Below are positions 12,878 through 26,226 of a stretch of DNA of 58,371 nt, in pieces; within the stretch, counting starts at the first letter, position 1, and each line of letters starts with the position of its first letter. Below the pieces are notes generated by a model. The model was given only the letters and a program-made list of their open reading frames with translations, did not search any database and was not told the origin of the DNA. Position numbers and translations under genes: made by a program. The stretch is from Paecilomyces variotii (Eukaryota), in assembly GCA_004022145.1 (NCBI GenBank), contig RCNU01000005.1; one strand, written 5' to 3'.

Positions 12878-15320
12878 ACCGACAAAGATACTTATTATTA
12901 TTGGTCTCGCAGCGATCACCCAATTTTCGGTTAAAGAGCTCTGGATAAATGCAGATTTTTTAATTACTATATGAGAACCATGCTTTCTCATCATTGCTAT
13001 GCTAAAACATCCCTCGATGCGGGGGTTTGACAGTCTTCCCGCAAAAAGGTCCTGGGTTCATCTTCACCGAAATCACCCTCCGTCCATTTTGAAATGCCTC
13101 TTGTACTCTACTGGTGTTAAGCTGAGTTTTTTGTTGACAGCCTGCCGTATGTAGGCTAGTCCAGCTATATTGCTGTGTCACAGTGCCTGTCCAGCTGGTC
13201 TGCTTCGCCTATCGGGACCGCTCGTCCCGACTGCGGTTTTCACTTGTTCTATATCTACTACACGTCCATTGGAATATAGACTAGAATATTGTCTCCGCGT
13301 TATAAATCTGATATTTTGTTTTCGTAGTATTGCACCACGACTGGGATGCTGATCATTGCAACCTCGTGTTCATTATCTTCAACTGAGCTATTTTGTCATA
13401 TCTCCTGGATCTGTATGTAATCGCGATAGGACTTGAAATCTTGCCAGAAGTACATGCATGGCCTGACCCTGACAATGCTCATTGGACAAAACGTGTCACC
13501 AGACATACTTCGAAGTTAGGTGATCCCTGGAGTATTAATGAAAGAGAATAGTGGACATATGATAGACAAAATATAGAGATCGTTTCAGCAAATGACAGTG
13601 GACTAGGGAACTGGGCAACAGCGCGCAATGATGGATGCGCTAAAAAAATGAGAACGTCGGATACTTTTCAGGCATCGCAGCAAAAAGAATGAATAGTCTA
13701 CTGCATTCAACTGCTTTTTGGGGGAATATTCCGAGCCTTTCCTTTGAGATGTGCTGCAATTGATCTTTCGTGCAAACACACCCATCGTGAACTTCGAGAC
13801 AATTTCTGCCCAAACAGTTAGATAGTGTAGATTGGAAAAAAGAAAACCCTTTTCACGGTAAATTCTGCTATAGAGTCATCACCAAGTCTTCCTATCAATC
13901 AATCAATCGGGCGCAATTTCAAGATCAGGCAGCGTCGACAGACACTGCCTGCCACAGCTATTGGCCAGTTCTTCCAGTGAAGACAGCCGTTATCTGGTAC
14001 ATTCCTGCGGAACCGATGTTGAGCGCGCCTTGGAATGCTCGGGCCGGAAATCCGGTACTCCACGTGCGGTCATTGTTGTTACCTCTGGTCCATTCCCGAA
14101 CTCTAAGCCGACCTCAACATTGCCGGCGGGGATCAGGGGCAGCTGCTGTCAGAGTCTGCATCTGTGCCTGGCGTCTGCAGGCGATGGTGGGAGAAGACAG
14201 GCCAGAAATGAGACGAACACGGGCTCGTCACCGTTTTTTGGCGCCGGAAATGCTCAGAGGCTAACGGTCATAAGTCGGTGAGTAGTCGGGCGTTAGAGTT
14301 TGATGCAGAAAAAATGAAGTCGGGGAAATAATGACGCTGTGGAGGCTGAGCAGGGCGCACCGGTATCTGATCCACAAGGCTGAGCTGACGAACAGGATAT
14401 CCAAACGGAGAATAGTACTGTACATACTTCGTTACTTAACGGGAGTACACCTTCGGGGATCACTATGAGAAGTGAGTCATGCATTACCTATTCAAACGAG
14501 GCAGACCCGAAGGAGCAGTCCGAGATGATTGGGATCCATTATCATCATCCCTATAGCCAGACATCTTCGCACTCTCTGGTGTTTCTCCGTCAGCCTTTCT
14601 GGCGTCTTCGTTTTCCTTCCCTGCGCGCCGACGTCATCGCCTGCGCGCAGTATCACGTGTGGATGATCCCAGGAGGAAGCAGCGATCCTGTTCTTGCGCG
14701 CTTTCCTGATTGGGTTCTTGCATCTTTTTCCTCGGGATCATAATAGTTCTTCTTTGCTTTATGTCTCTCTCTCTCTCTCGCATCTCTTTCATCTCTTTCA
14801 TTTCAGCCATCAACTTGGTTTATCACTCCACTAGTTACTCATCTGCGCTCTTGAATAATCAATCAATCAATCAGTCCCGTCACGAGCAATTACCCCGCCA
14901 ATACGAGACTACCACCAAGTCTAAGCCGCCTCGTTCTAGAAGACGGCCTGGGCCAGCTGAGTGGTCGATCCTGTCAGCTCACCAACCAACCACCAGCCCG
15001 TCACACCCGGTCTACATGGCCTGTCGCTGCTCTGGTGATTCTAGAAAACCGGTGCCCCTACGGCTCGACTATTTCATAACCCTGTTACCCCTCCCTCAGT
15101 GTTCTGTCATCTTTGAGCCTTCTTCCGCTGCCCTTCCGTGAACTCGCCACCCTTCGAGTTCCAAAAGTGAGGAACTTATCACGCCTCTATCTCGACACGA
15201 TTGACTCTTGCTTCCTCGGTATTCCGATATTACGATTTCTGCCATCGTCCTGCTCCACTTTTCTGAACCACACCACCTATCTAACGCCCTCGTTGCCTCT
15301 GTCCATCCGGGCTTGCCGCT

Positions 15321-18119
15321 ATGTCGCTGGTGTATCGAGAGCGCGATCGTGAATGGGACGACTATTCTGGTCGTTCTGACCCACGCAGCTCTCATACTAC
15401 TGTCAGGCGTTACGTCATACCACCAGAGGAAGAACGTGAGCGCGATGTTGTATATAGACGCGAAGACCCAGTCACTGGGGACCGGGAATTAGTGATCAGA
15501 CGCAGTACGGAACGTGACGACCGGGACTACGACCGAGACTACAAACTACGACTCTATGAGCGCTCTGAGAGGGATTACTACGATCGTGAGTATAGCCAAT
15601 CTGACGGCCTTCGTCGTTATTCCCGCTCCACAGAGTATCTGGCGCGGCCGGAATCTGCCCCTCAACCCATCATTATCCACGAACGTCAACCAATAATTAT
15701 TCACGAAGCTCGAGGTCCCATCTACGTCTCTCCACGAGAAGAGCCTGAATATCAGGTCATACATAAAACGGAGCTCGTTGATCGGGAGCCTCGTGATAGG
15801 GAATACTATTATCAAAGACGGGTCCGTGAATACGACGACGAACGGCGCTCTCGGCGTGAACTGAGTCCGGAAGATTCCATTTCAGAACGGGAACGGGATC
15901 GCCGTGACCAAGACTACAGCAGCGACGACAGCATGGTGTATGTACGCAAAGAAACTCGAGAGTATAATGGTAGCCCACACAGGCGACATCTCGCTGAAGG
16001 CGCTCTGTTAGGAGCTGGTGCAGCAGAACTGCTTAGGCATCATAACAAGAAGGAAGGCAATGTCTCCCATGGCATTGGCCGTGTGGGAAGAGACGTTGGA
16101 GGAGCAGCGCTTGGTGCGATAGCTGCTGGCGCCATCGAGAGGGCACGAAGTCACCACCGCAGCAGAAGCCGGAGACGGTCTGAATCAGTCGACTGGGATC
16201 GGGGATCACACCGCAGACACCATCATCGGCCCAGATATAGGAGCCGTTCCCGCTCATCATCCCACTCAAGAGCTAAGACTCTGGCGGAACTCGGACTCGG
16301 AGCCGCTGCTCTTGCAGGTGTTGTTGCTCTGGCCAGGAACAAATCGAAATCCAGGGATGGGCGCGAGAGACGTAGTCGCTCACGCCATCGCCGGGGTTCG
16401 AGTCCTTCCGACGGCGGTTCTGAAGACGATACGCGAGACGATGCTCGAAACCCAGCTCATCGCAACAAGCGTATGGCGGAAGCTGGTCTGGCAGGAGCTG
16501 CTGTGGCCGGTTTGATCGAAAGGCACAGAAGTAAATCCCGCTCGCGTCGTGGCGAACGATCTCGCTCCCGTAGTAAGATCAGACAAGCGTTGCCTGTTAT
16601 CGCAGCGGGACTGGGAAGTGCTGCCGTCGCCGGTCTATACGAGAAGAACAAGGCAAAAAAGGAGAATGAAGAAGCCCGTCCACGACGGTCTAGATCGCGT
16701 AGTCGATCTAGATCTGGCACCTATCCTGACGCTACCCGTGATTCAGGGGGTTTGATCGAGTATGGCGACCGACCTGTGTATGGTAATATACCAGAAGCAG
16801 ATTACTATGGTCGACCGCCAAGTCCAGACGGATACTATTCCGATGCTATCGTTCCTGCTGCGACTGGTGCTGCAGCCTATGGAGCTTCAAGGCATCGCCG
16901 GCGTCATCGAAGTCCTAGCCGCGACAGCCTGTACAGCAGTGACGCGCCTGATTCGGATAGAAGTCCCAGAAGAAGACATCGTCACAAGCATCACAGCAGT
17001 CGTAGTCGCTCCCGGCATCTTGCTGAGGCAGCTTTGGCCGCCGCCGCAGGAGGCTTTGCTGCGGACCAATATGCAAAGAAGAAGGAGCGCAAAAGGGCAG
17101 AAAAAGAGCGACGAAGTGAGTAACCATTATCGTCATCCTTCGCTGAAAATTCTGAATGATTTTTCCGTTTATGGTCCCTAACATGGACATGTCTTAACGT
17201 TTTGGCAGGACATGAAAGCGATGAGGACTATGACCCGTACGAAGATCAGTATGATCCAGATCCGTATACGCCACCGCCTCCACCAGCAGGCGCTGGGCCA
17301 TATGCAGGAGACCACCATTATCCTCAGACCAACTCGTTCCCCCCACCTCCAGGATCGGCCCCTGTTCCCCCGCAGAGTCAACCTGCACCATACAATCCTG
17401 GAGAGTATCCCCCTCCACCAAGTGCAGCACCGCCGCCACCACAGCCATACGGCTATCAACCTCCTCCGGGACCGGATCCGTATGCTCCCCGACCGCGGAG
17501 GGCGGATGAGAATGTGAGTGCTGCACCATCTCCTATTCCTCCCACTGATGCACACCACATGGTAGATGGTGGGTTTCAGTGAAGTCTGTCTGGTTTGTAT
17601 TTGTATTAGACTGCTGACGCTTGTGCTCCAGGTCTAAGAGGCAAACCTCCTTTGTCAGCGGCATCTATAAGCCAGCCACCCTGGTCGACAAATCATGAAG
17701 TTGGAGAAGGTAGTCACCATGAGCGCTCTTCACAGCCCAAGACGGTTGCCTTCGATCTTCCTTCCGACTCGTCACAGGAGAGCGACCGTTCAAGCGAGCC
17801 CGATACTGGGTACGAGACTGATGACAGTGAAGCAACAATCGATGGGAGTGTTCCTAGCCATCATCGGGGCTCTGCAGGTCAGCATCACAGGGGGCCTGTT
17901 TCCCACTCGCCAACACCGCATCCTGAAGCGCATAGTCCGTCACGTTCGCATAAGCATCGCGCCTCTGACAAGACCGCGGAATCGGACTCTGACTCGACCA
18001 TTGACCTTCCTCCTAGATTCGATTCTCAAGGCCGCCCTATTCCCCAGCCAGACGATGATCCGCTTGCAGACCACATCCAAAAGCTCCTGAACGGTATAGG
18101 CAGTGTGCTACTGAGATAG
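15321..18119 (+). CDS. DUF3824-like Arg/Ser- and Pro-rich protein; alternative C-termini (short isoform stops at 17637)
   Basis: ORF 15321..17123 with RSRS tracts and repeated [12 protein letters not shown] segments; intron 17116-17208; Pro/Tyr-rich exon ending RRADEN. The acceptor at 17630-17631 can pair with donors at 17514 or 17569. Confidence 0.8.
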
Positions 18120-18551
18120 TGCCCTGTCTCTGATTCCCTATTTTCTATTCTGTATTCTCCTAGACGGGCTTTCATAATTCCTAATTCTTTTTGATTAACT
18201 TCTGGATTCTATGATTATGAATATGGATGATTTGGAGACAACTGATGATTTACGAACTTTCATGATGGAACGTGGTTCACGATGGAGGATAGCTTAATAT
18301 TGATGTTACGATCATGATCTACTCTGTACTTATGTGATTCTTTTTTTATACAACTGAATGTACATCGGTTCTTGAACATGCGTGGATGTTCCAGGGAATT
18401 ACTAGACATAAAGTAAACATAGAGGACTTTGTCTTATTCCACGTTGATCTACCTGTATTGTGGGATGGACACCGTAAACAGCTTTCATTGACGCATGCTT
18501 AGGAACGAGGAGAGGTCAATTGTCGTGCCCAATTATTGAAATTCTTTGCTA

Positions 18552-20470
18552 TCACACCTTCCTCCCCATCCCTTCTGGTATAGCTTTCCATTGCTTTGTG
18601 GTCGGATCCAACAGCTCCTGTATATCTTCCCACTCCTTCTGTACAAGCAGTGCTTGCTTTTCACTTCTTGGAATGATCCGGCATTGGTATTCTTCCGGCA
18701 TAGCAACGAATCCCTGTGTCATTCTATCCTGATCAGGCAGTATAAAATTCCCTTGTTCATCGATCTCGGGCTTGATATCGAATGCCCACAGCATGCGCGA
18801 TATGCCCAAAAAGAGACTCCGTTCTGCAACATGCGTCCCGGCACAGATGCGACGCCCGGCCCCAAACGTGAAATGATCCCGCTGCGAAACGTCAGAGTTA
18901 ACGGCGGCATCATAGGCCGTTTGATAGTCATCTTTGAAACGATCGGGATCAAAGCGACGAGGATCAGGATAGCGACGCTCATCCCGATGGATTCCCCAGA
19001 CATTATTGATTACCCCTGCACCAGCAGGGATACGGTACCCCATATAGTAATCATCCTGCGTTACCGCATGAGGAACAGCTCCGAGGGGGGTTACCGGCAT
19101 CCATCTAAGCGATTCTTTTACACACCCGCGAATATACTGCATCTTAGGCTCATCCTCCATGGTTGGAAGTCTCGAATCACCCACAACGGAATCAATTTCT
19201 TCCTGCGCCTGCTTCTGCACTTCCGGAAACAGCACCATAGCTAGCACGAACCCGTAAAGCGTACTCGAAGTCGTGTCCGAGCCCGCTTCAAGGAACGTGC
19301 CCGAGATATATGCCGCCAGTTCATCACTGAACCCTTCGACTTTCTGCATCGACGCCATAGTTGCACAGAAGCATGGTCTGGCGGTCCCTTCCACGATGGC
19401 CTTTTTGCAATTCAGCCAATGCCGCAGGTAGAGTTCCTTTTCACGCACGTGTAGCTCCTTGGCGTATTTCCGCATCGGGAGGAGCCAATCGGGGAGGATG
19501 CGTAGCGAGGGGTAGGAGTCGAGGACACTTGCGGTGCCGGTTTGGCTTACGACTGCGAATTCTTCGAAGCCGTCGAAGAGTTGCTGGACGTCCGGGTTGT
19601 TGTATGTGGGGGCTCGCCAACTATGAAAAGGGGGGGGAATCTAGGTGAGAATGATGGCACGGATATTATGGGGGCGAAGAGGACATACCCGAAGACCATA
19701 GACGTAGTAAGAGAATTCGAGTACCGACGGACATGGTGTAGGAAGTCCTTTGGCTGGGTAAGAAGTTTGAAGAGCATTTGTTTGTTTTCTAGCATTTGGT
19801 ACGGGACGTAGGATCGGGCGACATTGATGTTCAATAGGCTGTGTGCTAGTTTTCGTACCTGGATGTACATACATAGGGTCAGATATTTGGGATTAATTCC
19901 ACTGCAATGAAAAAAAGAGACACTCGAAGTTTCAACCCTAACTCACCATTCGCCATCTAGGGCCATATCTCTATTCTCGGTAGTTAGTTTAAGATCTAAC
20001 GACGCCATCGAAGAGGGAACGGTCATCGACTTACCATCATAAGCAGTCTCAAATCTCCAGAACACAATTTCATACCGATATACATGTCCATTCTGTCACT
20101 GTATATAGCACTTCTCTTATCCAGGAGGTCTTTCACCGCTTGATCGCTCGTCAAGACGATCAATGTCTGGGTTCCTAGTATCAAACTGTATACGGGGCCG
20201 TATTCTTGAGCCCATTTGTAGAGCTGTTTGTGGAGATCACGAGTGGGCATCTGGTTATTTCACATTGGATTAGTATCGATTACAGTTTTTTCTTAAAAGG
20301 AAAGGGCTTGTCTTAGGGAGTATATGCTCTACCTGATGAATATTTCCTATGATGGGCAATGTAGGTGGACCTGGAGGGATATCTTTTGGTCGACGACCTA
20401 TTCGAAGGACACGGATGAGGAAAACGATGAGTAAGAGTGATAGAGGGACGACGAGCAGTTTTAGAGCCAT
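18552..20470 (-). CDS. Cytochrome P450 (CYP64/OrdA-like group)
   Basis: Exons 20470-20333, 20250-20035, 19970-19947 (24-nt microexon RYGPRWRM), 19858-19689 and 19620-18552. N-terminal TM helix, PPGP, AGSDTT, KESLRW, FDPDRF and heme motif FGAGRRICAG. Confidence 0.95.
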
Positions 20471-21759
20471 TTTCTCTTTCTCTTTACGTGGCTGTCTCTG
20501 CGAAAGACTCTTTCATGAATCAGGTATTCTTCTCCAGTGCTTGAATGACCGCAACGGCTATATATCTAGCCTTGAACTTCTCATTCAAAGAGAGCTTATA
20601 TTTTTCCGAGGCTATGACTGCTTTGGATTACACTGCTCAGTTATATAGTATTAGGAACCAACGTCTGCGCATTAACGCAGCCCAGTAAACGCAGCCCTAT
20701 CATATACGGCATCCGACCTGAAGAGCGACTAAACCAGACCCCGGGGATACAAGGGATTGCCGTAGAGAAGGCCTCCATTCCTCGTATATGCAATGGCTCG
20801 TGGATATACCTGATGCGCTTAGAGCGATAAGAGCCCCTCATGTTCTGAAATAGGCTGCATGCAGCTGTCACTCATGTACGACGGACGTTGACAACTCCCA
20901 GCTCGTTCTGCTTAGTGTAGTTGCAGGATCCCGCAGACAACCCCCGTTCTCACCGTGCATCTGGTTATATTGTGGTTTTAGCCAAAAAAAATTGGTTTTT
21001 ACAATGATTGGAATATAACCATGACAACGTTTATCATTTACCCCAGCTAGTATGTATGTACATACATGGAGGTGTCTAGGGCTCAGCTACCGGGTCTGGA
21101 CTCGGAAGAGCATCCGCGCTAATGCAACTGGACTGTTGATGACCGTTGTGTCACCTTGAGTGGGAGGCCTTATATTGCGGGGGTTTTAAGCTGCATATTG
21201 GTGAGTAGGCAAGAAGAGGGAGATTCTGTACGTTTAGATAACATGCGTGATGGGGGTTATTACTGGTGGAACGGAGATGGTTGGAACAGCATAAAGTTCT
21301 GTCATTCATTCTCCTTTACGGGGAAAGGGATCGTCCGTCTAGGGAGTAAGCGGAAGAGGTGCAGGAGGGCTCGTGCAAATGCCTAATACCTATTTCTTTC
21401 GAGTAGATGTGAAGCAGTTTGTGAAGGTACATAACTTGGATATATCTATTGAATCTATACTCGACTCCGTTCCATTTATCTCAGCAGAAGAGAGAGTGTG
21501 TGACCAACACAAGTCCGCGTACCAGAATAATAACCAGCTTTCCTTTCGATAAAAAGCGCACGAGAACGCACTTTCAAACGGAATTTCCCTATGTCTTTAG
21601 GATCGACTACCCCGCGTCCAACAACTGTTCACATGGAGCCTCCCCCTCACTTTAGTCCTCGAAGTTCTTAATTGAGCGTTTCCTTATTACCACCAAGATC
21701 TACATTCGAGGACGCACACACTCCGTAGCGGATTGAAATTTCCATCGCCGCTATTGGTC

Positions 21760-22290
21760 TATCTAGATAGAACTAAAACTTGTTATAATATTCGATAAGC
21801 ATGCTGCATGCATTTCGGCTCTACTTATAACCTCGCGTTTAAGTTATCCCCGCATTGCTAGGTAACTAGTTCTATTTACCAAGAATGTCCTATTAGTAAG
21901 ACTACCATTCAGATACTTAACTTAACTGGCTATATGCAAGTTTTATCTAAGCGATAAGAGGGCTGCTTATATATTTAAAGTTTGAGAATAGGTTAAGGTT
22001 GTTTTAACCCCAAGGGATTACCTTGTAAAATTGAAAAGTATAGCTGCTGTCCTGAGGGAAACTTTAATAAGAATTAGCTGGTGAGATAACTCAACCAATC
22101 TATTGCCCTTTTGTCTAGATTGGATAATTAGTTTGCACGTTAAATTTGCTGCGAGCCTCTACCAGAATGTGCCTTTGGCATAATTTATTGTGTTTTGGTC
22201 CAAATAGCTATATTTTTATTCAACCCCATTTAAAAGGTATTAGGATTAGTCAATGGTGAACCCAAGAAGTTCCCACCTTTATTCGCTTTT
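21760..22290. other. AT/TpA-enriched ORF-less segment, possible old RIP-degraded repeat fragment
   Basis: Visibly TpA-rich and without ORFs of 60 aa or more; no terminal repeats recognised; borders approximate. Confidence 0.3.
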
Positions 22291-23228
22291 ATTGTGTCGG
22301 CGCCCAGGTGCTCTATTGCGAGCCGAGCTACAATGCACCACTACTACACTATATAACAGGTAATATAGAACAAACAGCCATCGGCCACCTCATTCCGCCG
22401 GATATTGATCAAAGGAGACAGACTGCATTAGGGAGATGCACTGATATAGTTAGTGGTGGAGAGAACGTGGAAGCAGCAGCGAGGTATTCAGGGTGTCCTG
22501 GAACGTAAATAGTGGTAGATTTCGGTATCCTCTTAGTCTTTTAATCCAGATTACTATACTGAACTATTAGATGTCTAGCTTCGATATTAATTGTTTTTCG
22601 TGATCTTCGCAACCGACATATTGCGCGGATAAGCTTAATACCTGGGTTACTTGTATAGATATTAGACTCCTTAGTCTATGGTTCAAATGGTCCGCTTATA
22701 ACTTATTACGCCAGGATCTAAGCCGAAGCCCGTTTCTCAATTTAGGTTAATCGCATTGTAAAACACCCCAAAGGGTACCATATTCCAGAGGCCTTTGACC
22801 ATCCGCCTATAAGAAAATACACCAGTACAAGTACCGGTTAAACCCCCACAGGCGAGTCTGGTCGCAAGCGCTTCCTTTCAACAATTTCATGTCCTGTCTA
22901 ACTCTCTTTCCAGCGGACTAGTCTCAAATCCTACCCTCAATAATGTGACGGGTAGAGATAGATGTCGAAGCAAAGATGGGGTTCAAAAGCACTCTCGTCT
23001 ACTAGCTAGTATGAGGATGATATCCTAACTAGTAGAGGATAGAAACATGCTATTCCCAGACCATGTTGCACGCCGGCTACAGATTCGTCAAGTGGGTACA
23101 GTTCTGACTCATATGTAATTTGAATTCCTATTCATTTTTTCATTGCTAAAATCGTATGCCCTCCATTATAATAGTAGAGCGCTTGCGCAATGCAGGAGAC
23201 CCAGAGCCGAAGTAAGGAAACCACAAAT

Positions 23229-24158
23229 CTAGAAGACAAGAGCAGCACCCTTGGTCTTCTTGTCACCACTGTAAAGAGAAAAGTATCCGTCAGCACGTGC
23301 ATCCCACAACATCCGATACCCGAAAAAATACGTACCCCAACTCGAAGTGCTTGCAGCGCTTCAGAGACAGCTGAGCCTTGGTCTTGCAGACAGTGCACTC
23401 CAGACGGAGCACAATCTTCTTGGTGGTCTTAGCCTTCTTGTGGAAGACGGGCTTAGTCTGACCACCGTAACCGCTCTGCTTCCGGTCGTAACGGCGCTTT
23501 CCCTGAGCGAACAGCGAGGCCTGGTAATCACAAAATTTCCGATCAGCACATGTGCCGCCTCGTAATCTACCACGGAATCTGTCGGGAGATATTCACCTTT
23601 CCAGCCTTGTACTGGGTGACCTTGTGCTGCGTGTGCTTGCGGCACTGCTTGGACTTGCAGTACGTCCGGCGGGTTTTGGGAACGTTGACCTGATGGAGGC
23701 ACAGATATTAGTGTCCGTTCAGTAATGTTTCTGTACACAGCTAATGTGATCCGATCCCTCCAAACTCTTCGAATTATCGAAAACAGTATCCGGTTAATTT
23801 AATTCGATGCGAGTAATATCGGGACGAGCGGGACTTCGAGGTCGTTTTGAAGTTTTGCATGACGAGCCTGCGCACGCATTCGGGAAAACAAGATCATGGC
23901 AGCTCGAAGAATTGACGACCGTCATTTTGATCGTGAGACTCTCGGGCTTCGAATCGAGTTCAAAAGTTCGTCGTCGTATCGTCTTCGTCGCTCGCTTCAC
24001 GATTTTGACCGATGTTCGAGTTCGTCGCACGCCTTCCAACAAAACCTTCACTCGAGCTCGCATGTTCCTCAAGATCGTTTCGACCGATTCGATAGAGTTT
24101 CCATCTCGCAAAGCACCTCCAAAGCGAAAGAATAGAAATGAAATGTCATCCTTACCAT
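23229..24158 (-). CDS. RPL44: 60S ribosomal protein eL42 (L44/L36a), 106 aa
   Basis: Exons 24158-24156 (ATG only), 23689-23597, 23520-23336 and 23268-23229 give [106 protein letters not shown]. Confidence 0.98.
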
Positions 24159-24573
24159 TTTGACTGATTTGGCCGGATCGCTGGTTGTTGGTGGTCGTTG
24201 GGTGTCTCGGTCGAGGTATCAAGAGCCCTTGGCCGTGGGTTGTGGGATTTCCTTCGCTTAGGCCCTATCTGGACCACGCTAACCGTATCTGGTGACGCAG
24301 CCCTTTCCGCCATGCCAAGACTAACTGCACAACCGCTTTTTGATAGACTTAATTCATCTTATTCCTGTATAGAATGAGATGGCAAATGAATATTCATATC
24401 TGCCCACTGTTTTGCAATTATATGGTGACAGTTGGATACAACAGTGAAAGTCTTTGATTTCTTGACTTTTGTGCTAGGAACTGCCACTGCTGAAATCTCA
24501 TCTAAGCTACCTACCTATTTATCTTGCTTCTAAACATGGCTTAAATTAAATGGAGGCATCTCTCAACACGGTG

Positions 24574-25674
24574 TCAGAATCCTTTTCCTATCACAATCCT
24601 GTCGCCCTTTCCATACCACAGCGTTCCCTTGTGAAAATCCAATCCCTTTTCTTCGCCCACAATCCATTCCCCACCCCGCTTGATAGTGCCATCCTCGCGG
24701 GGCCAGAATTCAGTCTGCAGTCGTTCATTAATTCTCTCTATCCTCTCAATAAGTTCCTTCACCCGCTCATGTGCGATCCTCTTCTGGCCATCGGGTACAT
24801 CTTTGACCAAAAATCCATCTTCAGTTATGAACCGAGCAATTGTAATATGCGCAGATGGAACAGTATATCTAGACCCAATCTTAACGCCCGTCTCAACACT
24901 CTTGTCGTAGACATCCCGGCGCAGGTGATGATAGGTATATCGATCAGCCTCCGCACTGCGGTTCGGACCCGTTGCCTCACCAGCTGCGGGGACGAAGCTA
25001 AGAGCCATTGCTGATGCGTCGTAGCTCACCATGGGTTTGATAAGACGTGCTCGATGATCAAAGGTGTAGTTGATAATGTCAGGCACTGCGCCCGCCTGTT
25101 GCAGAACGTCAACACGCTCCTCAATCTGTGCGCGAGTTAACGTGTTCGCAATCTCAAGAGTCGTCATATGGAGATTCTCAGGCGGTGGGAACCAAAGCGC
25201 TGCATATGCTCATCAGTAACCGGTTTGACGATGGTTTATGAGGTGGTATTGTACTGACTTGGAGCAACCTCTCGAATCTCTCGTTGTATCATATCGACCA
25301 TTGCCTTGATATGTTGTGGTGGCCGTGCCCAAAATACCAGACAATGTCTCGTGTCTACGAACCCAGGGTCTTTGTTTGGGCCATCCAGTTTCGCAAGAAT
25401 CTCATCGCAATTGAAACCTGCGAAGCTTGGGTCCAGAAGTTTTGCTTTCTGCAACGCATTCCTGGTAGAACGATGGGTCTCATAGCGTGCTTGCAGCTCA
25501 GCCTAAATTAATGGCAGTGTCAGTAGGTAAAACTAATGCTTATATATAATTTGGCTGGGGTATTACAGGATCATCATTTGAGGCCAGTATAAGCGGCTGG
25601 TATGGATTGCTTCCCTCCGGAAGCGGGGTGACGGTTCCAGATAAGTCCTGGTAAAGAGCAGTACGTTCTGCCAT
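24574..25674 (-). CDS. 2H phosphoesterase (LigT-like RNA ligase/cyclic nucleotide phosphodiesterase family)
   Basis: Exons 25674-25567, 25502-25259 and 25199-24574. Two HxT motifs: ENLHMTTLE and SAHITIARF. Confidence 0.8.
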
Positions 25675-26226
25675 GACTATGCGCGTAGCCCCTAAGCAGG
25701 CCGTCTAGTTTACTGGGTACAGAATGTGGAAGAGGAATAGAGAGTCTGTATGTTGTGAGAGCTCTGTGAGCATTACGTTGGAAGGCTCGCGAATATGGAG
25801 CTGAGTCAAGGGAGAACGGAGCCAAAGTGGATAGTCTATAAATATATATATACATCTCTAGTGAACGTTCTCCAGTCGAATGGCCATTTCAGTAAACTAC
25901 AGAGAAAACACCAAGAAGCGGTAATAAGATTGTATATAAAGAATCAGATATATAAAGTCAAATATACCTGAACACTTTTGCAGAGTGCGAGGTATCTGTT
26001 GTGTTAGTTACTCTAGGGGCGGGAAGGGCGCCGCAGCCTGTCTCATTGATGACATCCCACCACTAACCCCGCCAAACTACCTCCGACAGCTATCCCGGTA
26101 CTGAAATCGGCGTTCGCCATACCACGTCGCGCTTCATTTTGTCTTCATTTTCTTCAACTTTAGCGCCGTGTTTCAACTCGCTCAGTTCTACGCTTGCAGG
26201 CGGTTCCGTTTTACTCATCTTTCAGG

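Noticed and set aside
14934-15046. Two TTCTAGAA heat-shock-element-like cores upstream of the DUF3824-like gene
   Set aside because: Each has only two nGAAn units, so chance occurrence is likely.
23690-24155. Intronic box C/D snoRNA in the long RPL44 intron
   Set aside because: A CTGA is present near the branch point, but I found no canonical box C on the sense strand.
23794-24222. ORFs 23794..24222 (-) and 23807..24163 (+)
   Set aside because: They lie within the RPL44 intron and 5' UTR and are low-complexity R/S/T-rich translations of TCG/CGA-rich DNA.
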